Shown here in pieces: positions 8,019-16,503 of a stretch of 32,657 nucleotides of DNA. Each line of letters begins with the position of its first letter. The stretch's first letter is position 1. The position numbers and the translations under genes were made by a program. This DNA is from Actinomycetota bacterium (GTDB taxonomy: Bacteria > Actinomycetota > Acidimicrobiia > Acidimicrobiales > Iamiaceae). The notes under the pieces are model-generated. The model saw only the letters and a list, made by a program, of their open reading frames with translations. It ran no database searches and was not told the DNA's origin. The stretch covers positions 1-32,657 of the forward strand of contig JBDZVK010000004.1 of NCBI GenBank assembly GCA_040255725.1, given 5' to 3'.

Positions 8019-8708
8019 TCAGCGCGTACCGAAGGTGAGGGCGAGTTGCCAGGGGCTCACGTTCCAGCGGAGGATCGCGTCGAGCATGATCATCGGGATC
8101 ACGTCGGTGGTCTCCGGGGTGGCGGGCGCGCTCAGGTTGGCGGTGGCCGCGTCGGGTCGCAGGTGCGGTTCCCAGATCTGCGAGCCGTGCGGTTGGGGCA
8201 GGGTTTCGATCACGTTGACCGGACCGTCGGGCTCGTCGACGGTGACGAACAGGCAGTAGGGCTCATCCGGTGCGTCCCAGCCGCCGAGTTCGACGACGAG
8301 GAACTCACCGGTGCTGGTGCACGTGGTGATCGCCTGGGTGAGCAGGCTGGTGAGGTCGTCGATCGTCGACGCGGTGGGTTCGCCGGGTGGTTCGAGGCGG
8401 ATGGTCTGTGCGTCGAGGGTGGGTTGGTCGTCGGCACCGCGGTGGGCGAAACGTTCGGTCAGGATCAGGGTCGAGCGGGCTTCGACGAGCATGGCGACCT
8501 CGCGGTAGCGCCCTTCTTCGCGCCGAGTGCGCGTCAGGTGGCCTCGACCCTGGGCGAGGCGGAGGGTGTCGGCGTCGGGGGTGGACCAGATCTGGGCCCC
8601 GCCTTCGCTCGTCCAGGTGGCCACGAGCCCGCCGACGCACGGGCTGAGCTGCACCACGGTTCCGGTGTCGCCCGCCTGGATCGGCGGGTCGCCGGCCGGG
8701 TCGGTCAT
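8019..8708 (-). CDS. Hypothetical protein (229 aa)
   Basis: The start is set at ATG 8708 (MTDPAGDPP...) within ORF 8019..8804. The composition is protein-like (EFLVVELGGWDAPDEPYCLFVTVDEPDGPVNVIETLPQPHG), but I can name no family motif. Confidence 0.55.
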   Translation of the reverse strand: MTDPAGDPPIQAGDTGTVVQLSPCVGGLVATWTSEGGAQIWSTPDADTLRLAQGRGHLTRTRREEGRYREVAMLVEARSTLILTERFAHRGADDQPTLDAQTIRLEPPGEPTASTIDDLTSLLTQAITTCTSTGEFLVVELGGWDAPDEPYCLFVTVDEPDGPVNVIETLPQPHGSQIWEPHLRPDAATANLSAPATPETTDVIPMIMLDAILRWNVSPWQLALTFGTR

Positions 8709-8878
8709 GGGACTACATCGATGCGGGCATGCATGGCGACACGCTAGGTGAGCCGGCGTTGGGGCGTGCCCGAAGAGGAGGTGACCGCTGGCGCAGTGGT
8801 TCACCCCGTGGTGGCCCCTGGACCAGAAGCCCCCCGGGTCATGCAGGCGGATCGAGATCGCCGGTCGAACGCGAAAGG

Positions 8879-8908
8879 GATCAGCCCATCCCGAAGGATG
8901 AGCTGATC
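8879..8908. terminator. Hairpin in the backbone/island junction region
   Basis: GATCAGCCCATCC-cgaa-GGATGAGCTGATC forms a 13-bp stem with one mismatch and a 4-nt loop. It lies 86 nt downstream of the DUF3800 stop on the minus strand, followed there by TCCCTTTCG. Confidence 0.3.
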
Positions 8909-8993
8909 CGCGAGCCGAGCTGAAGACCTCGGAGGGTCCACGCCCGATGCATTCAGTGTACGCGAGTCGTGCTGGGGTTGCACGCGGAGATTC

Positions 8994-9659
8994 TCAGGGT
9001 CGCCATGAACCGTGGTTGTAGATCGCAATCGAATGTCGTGATGATCGGAATCCGTCGAGGCAGGAATCCGCTCCGAGTACGTCGCGTACGTGATTCGAGA
9101 GTTCAGTCTTGAGATACGAGCCGGCCAGTCCGTTCGCCGCTCGGAATTCGAAAGCGATGGCAGAAGTGAGGAGGTCGACCAGCTGGAGACCATCGGAGGT
9201 CCGCGAATCAAGGCGGACGACCGAGGTGACGGTCAACCTGTGCATGCGGCGATTCACCGAGCGTCGCAGGGTGGGTTCGAACAGCACATCCTGCGGCGTT
9301 GAGTAGTTGTCGGCGAGGATCGTGAGGAGTTCGTCGGGCGCAGTGACTCCGTGGACCAGTTGTTCGGCGAGCTTCGCGTACGCGTCCCACTGAGTCCCGA
9401 ACCGGGTGACCGGGTCATCACCGGCGCGATCGGCGATGAAGCAGAAGAACTTTGCCGAAGGGTCGGCGAGGATGCAGTCGACGAACCGACGGTAGAAGTC
9501 GAGCTTCTGTTTGGTGACCTTGGTGAACTTGACCTCGTTGTGCCGATTGTGCCGGTCGCGGAGTCGTTGGATCTCCCGGAGGACGACCGAGGGGTCGGGG
9601 AGCTTGAGGCACCCGATGGCGAAATAACGGTCGGCGGACACCGAGCCGGTCTCGTCCAT
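8994..9659 (-). CDS. DUF3800 domain protein
   Basis: Only the last 221 aa of ORF 8994..10640 look like protein: MDETGSVSADRYFAIGCLKL...EVKFTKV...LQLVDLLTSAIAFEF. The N-terminal D-E-(S/T)-G motif and the C-terminal LQ.aD motif are characteristic of DUF3800. The upstream part of the ORF is an Arg/Pro-rich shadow of the Fic gene. Confidence 0.7.
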   Translation of the reverse strand: MDETGSVSADRYFAIGCLKLPDPSVVLREIQRLRDRHNRHNEVKFTKVTKQKLDFYRRFVDCILADPSAKFFCFIADRAGDDPVTRFGTQWDAYAKLAEQLVHGVTAPDELLTILADNYSTPQDVLFEPTLRRSVNRRMHRLTVTSVVRLDSRTSDGLQLVDLLTSAIAFEFRAANGLAGSYLKTELSNHVRDVLGADSCLDGFRSSRHSIAIYNHGSWRP

Positions 9660-9973
9660 GAAGACGGTCGCGACGGGGTGACCGGGCTTGAGGAAGTGCC
9701 GCTTTCCGGTTGTTCGTCGATCGGTGGTCCTGGATGGCGACGAGAGTACCGATGACGTGTGACATCGGGTTCGGGGCGGCCCGGCGGGCGTCGCGGGTAT
9801 GCCCCGCACGAAGTGTTCGGGAGGCCGGACCGCCGCGACCGTGTGCCGATGCCGGTTGCACGATGCGTCGGGCCGGCGGCGACGGGTGAGCATCCTCGGG
9901 TCGGGGTCGCTGGAGCCGGTTGTGGGGCCGGGACGAGCCGGGCGAGTCGATGTTTCGGAGAGCCCGGCAGCTC

Positions 9974-11161
9974 TTACGGTGTCGGGCCGGGTCGGAAGAG
10001 GATTTCGAGCACGTCGGGCGCTTGGAACACCCGGCTGTAGTTGCGGCCGGTGACTTCGCTGAGGATGCCTGCGTCGACGAGCCGGGCGACGGCGACGTTG
10101 GCGGCCTGCTTGCTGACACCGTGTGCCGCGGCGACGTGCTTGACGGTGATCGACGGGTACTCGATGAGTCGTTCGGTGACGGCGACGGCGGTGCCGCTCA
10201 TCCGTCGGCTTCTGATGCGTTCCAGTGCCTGGTCGCGCCAGTCGAGGAGGGCGTGGATGCGCGCCTCGGCGTGCTGGGCCTGGGCGGTGAGCGCTTCGCA
10301 GAAGTAGGTCACCCATTCGTTCGTGGCGCCGGTCGTGCTGACTTCTCGAAGTCGGTGGCGGTACCGGTCCGATTGTGCCTCGAAGTACGGGGAGAGGTTG
10401 ATGAGCGGTGCGCTGAGGAGCCCGTAGTCGATGAGTTGCAGGATCGCCAGGAGGCGGCCGATCCTGCCGTTGCCGTCGGTGAAGGGGTGCAGAGCTTCGA
10501 ACTGATAGTGCGCTGCGGCCACGCGTATGACCGGGTGGATGTCGGATTCCGTGTGGATCCACTGTTCCCAGGCGCGCAGTCCTTCGTCGAGCTCGGGGCC
10601 AGGCGGTGGTGGGACGTAACGCGCCTCGCTGATGCTGCACCCGTGGTAGGGGCCGATGAAGACCTGGGTGCTGCGTACGTTGCCGGCTTGCCAGTCGTCG
10701 CTGGGAGTGCCGGCGACGAGAAGGCCTTGGAGTTCACAGGCGAGCCGCCGGCCGAGGGGAAGGGTGGCGATGCGATCGATCCCGTGTTCGGTGGTGTCGA
10801 TGAAGTTGAGGATCTCGACCATCGCCGCGCTTCGGGGAATGGTCGCATCGATGTCGGAGCTGAGCACGTCGGCTGCTGGGGCGAACGTGCCTTCGAGTGC
10901 CGAGGTGCTCACCGCTTCGCGGCGGATGGTCGGACGAGCGATCAGTATCGGGTTCGGCAGGAGTTCCTTTGCCAGGGCATCGAGCCGCCCGAGGTGATGG
11001 GCCGCGTCGATCGCCGCGCCCCAGGTCTTGGGCGACAGCTCCAGGTCGGCAGGAAGTGGATCGGGAATGAACGCGGCATGCTCGACCGTGCTGCCGCCTT
11101 CGTCGACGGTGACGGGAACGAGCCGACCAGTGGGCGAGTTCCTGAAGATCTCGATGTCCAC
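9974..11161 (-). CDS. Fic family protein (Fic/DOC AMPylase-type) with Fic_N-like N-terminus and C-terminal wHTH
   Basis: The canonical Fic motif HPFTDGNGRIGR is present. The C-terminal region SITVKHVAAAHGVSKQAANVAVARLVDAGIL looks like a winged helix. Start is GTG at 11161. Confidence 0.9.
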   Translation of the reverse strand: MDIEIFRNSPTGRLVPVTVDEGGSTVEHAAFIPDPLPADLELSPKTWGAAIDAAHHLGRLDALAKELLPNPILIARPTIRREAVSTSALEGTFAPAADVLSSDIDATIPRSAAMVEILNFIDTTEHGIDRIATLPLGRRLACELQGLLVAGTPSDDWQAGNVRSTQVFIGPYHGCSISEARYVPPPPGPELDEGLRAWEQWIHTESDIHPVIRVAAAHYQFEALHPFTDGNGRIGRLLAILQLIDYGLLSAPLINLSPYFEAQSDRYRHRLREVSTTGATNEWVTYFCEALTAQAQHAEARIHALLDWRDQALERIRSRRMSGTAVAVTERLIEYPSITVKHVAAAHGVSKQAANVAVARLVDAGILSEVTGRNYSRVFQAPDVLEILFRPGPTP

Positions 11162-11192
11162 AATTCAAGTCTAGACAAGTGCTGCTTGAATT
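11162..11192. promoter_or_regulatory. 8-bp perfect inverted repeat in the divergent Fic/sigma intergenic region (candidate operator)
   Basis: AATTCAAG (11162-11169) and CTTGAATT (11185-11192) are separated by 15 nt containing the TCTAGA palindrome. The repeat lies immediately upstream of the Fic start in an AT-richer 205-bp intergenic region. Confidence 0.3.
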
Positions 11193-11366
11193 TCAGCGGT
11201 GCAATTTCACGTCGAGCGGCCCACGTCCCTCAGAAATCAAGGTCAGTACCCGTGGGCTTGAGGTTCCTCCTGTGGATTTCAACCGTCGAGTGGGGGAGCC
11301 GCAAAGCCGAATGGATGTCGGAGTCGAACAGCGTGATCCAGGGACCCCTCCGGACCTCGATGTCAC

Positions 11367-12572
11367 ATGGTGCAGCTAGTTTGTCGAGGAATGGAGGAGT
11401 TGGAAGGGGGCACTGGGGTGAACACGAATCCACTCGACGTATTGCTGGAGCAGGTGACGTCACTGACGCGGGGTTCGAAGTTTCCTCGATCCGAATTCGA
11501 GACCTTGTTGCGAGAGAACGCACTTCCCGCTGCGGAGTACCGGAAGCTCCGGGAGGCGCTCGACGAGTTGGGTATCGAGATCGTCGACGCCATCGACGGG
11601 GATCAGGATTCACGGGAGGGCGTCGACGGAACGGATCAAGGCGGATGGCACGCCGATGGATTCGGCGAGTTCATGCGGAAGACCACTCACCGGGTTCTCA
11701 CCTTCGAAGAGGAACAAGCACTCGGAATGCGCATCGACGCGGGACGGCTCGCGGCATCGGCGCTGGAGGAAGGCGCAGGAATCTTTGATGGTCGAGCGCG
11801 GCGTGATTTTGAGCGCCGCGTTGCCGACGGCAAGCGTGCTGAGTCAGAACTGGCACTCCACAACATTCGACTCGTGGTCAGCATTGCCACCGAACTCCGG
11901 CAGCGTACGACTCCCGCTCTCGAATTCGAGGATCTCGTGCAGGAAGGCTATGTCGGACTCGCTCGAGCGGTCGCGAAGTGGGAGTACGCGCGGGGGCTGA
12001 AGTTCTCGACGTACGCGACCTGGTGGATACGACAGAGTCTTCAGCGTGCGGTCGCGAACAGAGCATCGACGATACGTTTGCCGATGCATGTCAGGGACGA
12101 CTTGCGGCGCATCCGTACCGCCGAGTGGACGATGAAGCGCAAGGGGAAGACCGTCGATGATGGAGAGATCGCACGCCATTGTGACCTTCCAGTTGCAACG
12201 GTCACCCGACTCCGATCGATGGGTCGTCCGACGCTCTCACTGGACAAGCTGATCGGGAACCGCTCGGTCTCAGTCGGAGACTTCGTCGCCGATGACGAGT
12301 TCGCCCGGCCGGAACGGGTGATGGAAGACCGGATGGTGCGTCATGAGATCCTCGCGGTCATTGCCAAGTTGCCGGAGCGTGAGTGCGAAGTCTTGCTGCG
12401 GCGCTATGGGCTGACTCCGGGACAACGGGCGGAAACCCTTGAACAGATCGGCCATCGATTCGGCGTCACCCGGGAGCGGATCCGGCAGATCGAAAAGAAG
12501 GCGTTGACCAGACTCCGAGAGGCCCATGCCGGGGAACTCCGTGACTTTGCCGAATCATTGATGGAGGTCTGA
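11367..12572 (+). CDS. Sigma-70 family RNA polymerase sigma factor with regions 1.2, 2, 3 and 4 (group 1/2-like, not ECF)
   Basis: Region 1.2 is LTFEEEQALGMRIDAG; region 2 is NIRLVVSIA...FEDLVQEGYVGLARAVAKWEYARGLKFSTYATWWIRQSLQRAV. Region 3 is STIRLPMHV...LSLDKLIG; region 4 is LPERECEVLLRRYGL...LEQIGHRFGVTRERIRQIEKKALTRLRE. An alternative start, GTG 11418, is preceded by GGAAGGGGG. Confidence 0.9.
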   Translation: MVQLVCRGMEELEGGTGVNTNPLDVLLEQVTSLTRGSKFPRSEFETLLRENALPAAEYRKLREALDELGIEIVDAIDGDQDSREGVDGTDQGGWHADGFGEFMRKTTHRVLTFEEEQALGMRIDAGRLAASALEEGAGIFDGRARRDFERRVADGKRAESELALHNIRLVVSIATELRQRTTPALEFEDLVQEGYVGLARAVAKWEYARGLKFSTYATWWIRQSLQRAVANRASTIRLPMHVRDDLRRIRTAEWTMKRKGKTVDDGEIARHCDLPVATVTRLRSMGRPTLSLDKLIGNRSVSVGDFVADDEFARPERVMEDRMVRHEILAVIAKLPERECEVLLRRYGLTPGQRAETLEQIGHRFGVTRERIRQIEKKALTRLREAHAGELRDFAESLMEV

Positions 12573-12578
12573 TTCGAG

Positions 12579-15281
12579 ATGATCGCGTGTTGGGACTGCA
12601 GGAATCTCGAGGCGTTCGTTCAGGTTTCACCGCGTGGTGATGCGCGGCAGGTCACGCAGCTGTCGTCAGGGCTGAAGCCGACGGAGTGGGGTGGGTCTGA
12701 TGCTCGTGAGCCCGGCATCTTCTGCGCGAGGTGCGACAAACCAGTTGATGCGGACCTCGCTGAGCTGGGACTCGTCGATGATCGTGTCGCCTTCGTGTCG
12801 CCGGACGAGTTCGATGCCGATGCCGCGGCGGTCGAGTTGATGGCCCTTCGGCCAGCAGCGGCATGGACGAGGCTCGATCTGCCCGAACGTCTCCCGAGGT
12901 TTGCCGACATCCCGGCCGACCTCCATCCGGATCTGCTCGAGTCGCTCCGTCGAACCAAGCGCGACCGACTGTTCGTTCATCAGGCCGAAGCCACCCAGGC
13001 AGCATTGGACGGGGGTCATGTCGTTCAGGCGACCTCTGCTGGGAGTGGCAAGTCGCTCGGATTCACCCTTCCGGTGCTGGATCGCCTGCTGCGGAACCCC
13101 GAGGCGACAGCGTTGTTTGTGTTCCCCCTCCGGGCCTTGGCGAATGACCAGATGGCGGCGCTCGAGCGCTTCGGCGTCGTGTCGGATCCATGGGTGAACG
13201 CGACGTCGTTCGACTTGAGGGTTGCTGACGCGTCGACGCCGATCCGGGTGGCGCGTCATGACGGATCTACGCAGGATCACGAGCGGTCCGAGGTCCGGCG
13301 CGCCGGTCGCATCATCATCACGACACCCGACTCCTTGCACGCAGCGATCCTCGGGAACATGAACCGGAGCTACAAGGACGGCACGTCCTGGCGCAGGATC
13401 CTCCATGGCCTGCAATTCGTGGTGCTGGATGAATTGCACACCTATCAGGGGGTGTTCGGGAGTGGCGTGGGGAACGTGATTCGTCGGCTGCGCCGGGCAT
13501 GTGCCCGCTTCGATTCGGTGCCACAGTTCCTCGCCGCCTCAGCGACGATCGGGAACCCGGTCGAACTGGCAGAGAATCTCACCGGTCTGTCGCCGTTCGT
13601 GCTCGTCGACGACGACGCCTCACATCGACGCCGACGAGTGTTGTTGGTCTGCAATCCACCGTCTCGGGTCGCGGATGACCCGGCGACCAAGGCCCTGAAG
13701 ACCAAGCGCGCGGCTTCCGGTAGTGAGCAGGAATCGCCTGAAGATCCGATCGACGATCTGTCCGGGCGCATCGCCCCGCAGACCATTGCGATTGATCTGC
13801 TCGCCAAAGGAGCCTTGGCCGGTCAGGGGCACCCTCCGGTCAGGTCGATCGCGTTCTGCCGGAGCCGGAACGCGGTCTTCCAGTTGGCGCAACGCACGAA
13901 GTCGATGCTGGGTGAACTCCACCGAGATGACCTCGTGGCAAGTGTTGCTCCGTATGCGGCGACGTTCCTGGCCGATGACCGTGTCGAGGCCGAGGGCAAG
14001 TTGCGTGACGGGTCGACACTCGCGATCACCTCAACGAACGCCCTCGAGCTCGGTATCGATATTTCGGATCTGTCGATCGCGATCCTCGTGGGCTACCCGG
14101 GTCAGATCTCTTCTTTCCGACAGCGAATCGGCCGCGCGGGCCGCACGGGCGAGGGCTTGGCGGTGTTGATCGTCGGTGACGATCCGCTGCAGCAGTACTT
14201 GGCCCGTGACCCGGACGCGCTTCAGGCATTGCTCGATGCGCCGCCCGAATCGGTGGTCGTGAATCCTGAGGCGCCCGAAGTCGTTCGACGGTACGGGCTT
14301 GCGCCTGCACAGGAGGAAGCAGACGGTATTGCCTTCGAGGATGCTGAGTACTTCGGTGAGGCGGCGGTCCATGCGTGGCTGGCCGACGCGACCGGCGCCC
14401 CCGAAGTCGAACGAAAAGGGGTTGCGTATTGGCGGGTGCCCTGGGAAGGGGAGCCGCACCGAGCCGCGCTTCGTAATGCCGTGTCGTCCAAGACGTACAC
14501 CGTCCTGCACCAGACGGGGAAGGACTTCAAACCCATCGGGACATTGGACGAGGGGACGGCACCGCGGGATGCATTCGTGCCCGCGATCTGGAGCGGTCCT
14601 GAAGGTCAGCTCTACCGAGTGACCGGCTTCGACCAGAAGGCCAGTGAGATCTACTGCGAGGGGCCGGTGAACGTCCAGTACCTGACGAGGGGCATGTCGG
14701 TCGACCACGTGGAGGTCGTCAGCGATCAGCTCGAACCGGTGCATCTTGGGAGCTCGGTGATCGGCTACGGCGAGCTTGCAATCAACCGGCAGGTGTTCTC
14801 CTACAAGGAGCAGCACTTTTCGGGCGCAGAACAGAGCCGCCAGGTCGAGCGCGGCTGGCCGCCGGTCGAGTTCGTCACCGACGGCATGTACGTGCGCATT
14901 GGCGAGGGTCTGTTCGGCGATCACCATCGTGACGATTCGATGCGGGCCCTCGAGCACCTGTTCCTGAGTGTCGCTCCGGCCCTGGTCGCGTGCGACCCGT
15001 ACGACCTCGACAGTGCCTCGGCGGGCTCGTCGTTGTTCCTGTACGACAGCTTCGGCGGCGGGATCGGCCTGTCGGGAGCAGCGGCGAAGCGATTCGGTGA
15101 CCTCGTGGACCTCGCGTACGAGGTTGTGGTGACGTGCCCGTGTGAGAAGGGATGCCCGTCGTGTGTGATGCTGAGCCGCCGGCCGGACGGCAATAGGTCA
15201 TTGTCGAAGGACGGCGCGGTAGCGGTGCTCGAAGCCATCCGCGCGATGGAGGGTGTTCGACGATTACAGTCGTACAAATAG
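12579..15281 (+). CDS. DEAD/DEAH-box helicase with C-terminal DUF1998/MZB zinc domain (MrfA/YprA-like) and an N-terminal CxxC...CxxC zinc ribbon
   Basis: Motifs: LFVHQAEA, Walker A TSAGSGKS, FPLRALANDQ, DELHTYQGVFGS, SATIGNP, and helicase-C TNALELGIDI...QRIGRAGRTG. The C-terminus LYDSFGGGIGLS...TCPCEKGCPSCV is DUF1998-type. The N-terminus has CWDC...CARC. The ATG lies 6 nt after the sigma stop. Confidence 0.9.
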   Translation: MIACWDCRNLEAFVQVSPRGDARQVTQLSSGLKPTEWGGSDAREPGIFCARCDKPVDADLAELGLVDDRVAFVSPDEFDADAAAVELMALRPAAAWTRLDLPERLPRFADIPADLHPDLLESLRRTKRDRLFVHQAEATQAALDGGHVVQATSAGSGKSLGFTLPVLDRLLRNPEATALFVFPLRALANDQMAALERFGVVSDPWVNATSFDLRVADASTPIRVARHDGSTQDHERSEVRRAGRIIITTPDSLHAAILGNMNRSYKDGTSWRRILHGLQFVVLDELHTYQGVFGSGVGNVIRRLRRACARFDSVPQFLAASATIGNPVELAENLTGLSPFVLVDDDASHRRRRVLLVCNPPSRVADDPATKALKTKRAASGSEQESPEDPIDDLSGRIAPQTIAIDLLAKGALAGQGHPPVRSIAFCRSRNAVFQLAQRTKSMLGELHRDDLVASVAPYAATFLADDRVEAEGKLRDGSTLAITSTNALELGIDISDLSIAILVGYPGQISSFRQRIGRAGRTGEGLAVLIVGDDPLQQYLARDPDALQALLDAPPESVVVNPEAPEVVRRYGLAPAQEEADGIAFEDAEYFGEAAVHAWLADATGAPEVERKGVAYWRVPWEGEPHRAALRNAVSSKTYTVLHQTGKDFKPIGTLDEGTAPRDAFVPAIWSGPEGQLYRVTGFDQKASEIYCEGPVNVQYLTRGMSVDHVEVVSDQLEPVHLGSSVIGYGELAINRQVFSYKEQHFSGAEQSRQVERGWPPVEFVTDGMYVRIGEGLFGDHHRDDSMRALEHLFLSVAPALVACDPYDLDSASAGSSLFLYDSFGGGIGLSGAAAKRFGDLVDLAYEVVVTCPCEKGCPSCVMLSRRPDGNRSLSKDGAVAVLEAIRAMEGVRRLQSYK

Positions 15282-15439
15282 ACCGTCGATCTAACGCTCA
15301 CGGCATCTACCCAAAATATCTTGAAATCGCAGCAAATGGGGAGCGCTAGCCCCGGAGTCGAAATCGAACCAGGTCAATCGAGACAATTCGACATCGTAAA
15401 GAATCAGAAGCCCCTCAATGAACGCTCACGGAGGTATTC

Positions 15440-15509
15440 ATGCAAGATGATGATCTGAAGCAACGCGACACTGTGGAACCACCACCGCGCGTTCTTCATC
15501 TATTTACAG
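15440..15509 (+). pseudogene. Probable original 5' end (23 codons) of the gene interrupted by the IS
   Basis: GGAGG with a 5-nt spacer precedes ATG 15440, which reads MQDDDLKQRDTVEPPPRVLHLFT up to the left IS end. It is in the same phase (position mod 3) as the ORF resuming at 16526; the IR-bounded segment is 1017 nt, or 3 x 339. Confidence 0.4.
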
Positions 15510-15532
15510 CGTTGAGAGGCCGCGCGGCTAGG
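15510..15532. repeat. Left terminal inverted repeat of the IS
   Basis: CGTTGAGAGGCCGCGCGGCTAGG matches the reverse complement of 16504-16526 (CGTTCAGTGGCCGAGCGGATAGG) at 19 of 23 positions. Confidence 0.6.
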
Positions 15533-15639
15533 AAAAAGGGTGTTTGACCTGGGGTTTTGTCGCGTTTGTGGTGACCATCCACCAGTCGTCGGGGTCGACC
15601 CGATTTTGATTACGGGGTGAACACGACAAACAACGACCA

Positions 15640-16500
15640 GTGGAGGTCCCCTCTATCATGCGCGCGTTCGACCCTGAAGTGATGGATGCGGTGTGGGCAG
15701 CAGTCGAAGGGCTGATTCCTGAACCCGTGGAGACGCACCCGTTGGGTTGCCATCGGCCCCGGGCATCGGCGAAAGCTTGTTTCAAGATGATCCTGGTGCG
15801 TCTGGTGACCGGGTGCGCCTGGGTTGACGCGGAGTTCCTGTGTGACCGGGAGGTGTCCGATACCACCGCTCGTGCCCGCCGTGACGAATGGATCGCAGCA
15901 GGGGTGTTCGACCGGTTGATCGACGAGGCACTCGCGGGTTACGACCGGATCATCGGGCTGGCTCTCGCCGACGTGTCGGTGGACGGTTCGTTGCACAAAT
16001 CCCCTGCTGGAGGTGGGGGAACCGGACCGAACCCGACCGATCGCGGCAAACTCGGCCACAAGTGGTCGATCCTCGTCGACGAGAACGGTGTTCCGTATGG
16101 GCTGGCACTCGCGGGTGCGAACCGGAACGATTCGATCCTGCTCGAACCCACTCTGGACGACGCCGCGAGGCGCGGTCTGCTGCTCGACACCGAGACGATC
16201 TGGTTGGATCGCGGTTATGACTCGAAAGCCACCCGCGACCGGCTCGATGCCCGCGGGCTGACCGACGCGATCATCGCGAGGAAACGACCGCGTGGGGCGG
16301 CCAAGAGTCCGACACCGAAGCTGCCGATGGGCCTGCGATGGCCAGTTGAACGCACCAACTCGTGGCTGTCGAACTTCGGGCAGCTCCGCCGGAACACCGA
16401 CCGAGACCAGATCCGGCGCCTCGCACAGTTCCAACTCGCCATCGTATTCCTGCTCACCGCGAAACTCATCGACTGGAAAAACCGCTGGTCACGGACCTGA
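15640..16500 (+). CDS. IS5-family DDE transposase (DUF4096-type N-terminus + DDE_Tnp_1)
   Basis: 286-aa ORF with GTG at 15640 and an alternative ATG at 15658. Characteristic stretches include AVWAAVEGLIPEP...HPLGCHRPR...FKMILVRLVTGCAW, and the DDE-region motifs VSVDGSLHKSP, WLDRGYDS and VERTNSWLSNFGQLR. Confidence 0.9.
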   Translation: MEVPSIMRAFDPEVMDAVWAAVEGLIPEPVETHPLGCHRPRASAKACFKMILVRLVTGCAWVDAEFLCDREVSDTTARARRDEWIAAGVFDRLIDEALAGYDRIIGLALADVSVDGSLHKSPAGGGGTGPNPTDRGKLGHKWSILVDENGVPYGLALAGANRNDSILLEPTLDDAARRGLLLDTETIWLDRGYDSKATRDRLDARGLTDAIIARKRPRGAAKSPTPKLPMGLRWPVERTNSWLSNFGQLRRNTDRDQIRRLAQFQLAIVFLLTAKLIDWKNRWSRT

Positions 16501-16503
16501 ACG

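Noticed and set aside
9273-9282. GGGTTCGAAC resembling a tRNA T-arm; also GCGCAGTGGTT near 8800 resembling a D-loop.
   Set aside because: No complementary stems, anticodon arm or acceptor stem could be built around either. The first lies inside the DUF3800 coding sequence.
9660-10640. N-terminal 327 codons of the 548-aa ORF 8994..10640.
   Set aside because: The sequence is Arg/Pro-rich nonsense that overlaps the Fic gene in another frame. The DUF3800 domain starts at its usual N-terminal DETG motif at ATG 9659.
12579-15281. Calling the 900-aa helicase DISARM DrmA.
   Set aside because: No adjacent DrmB, DrmC or methylase genes are present. The fused DUF1998 domain and overall size fit MrfA/YprA-like proteins better.
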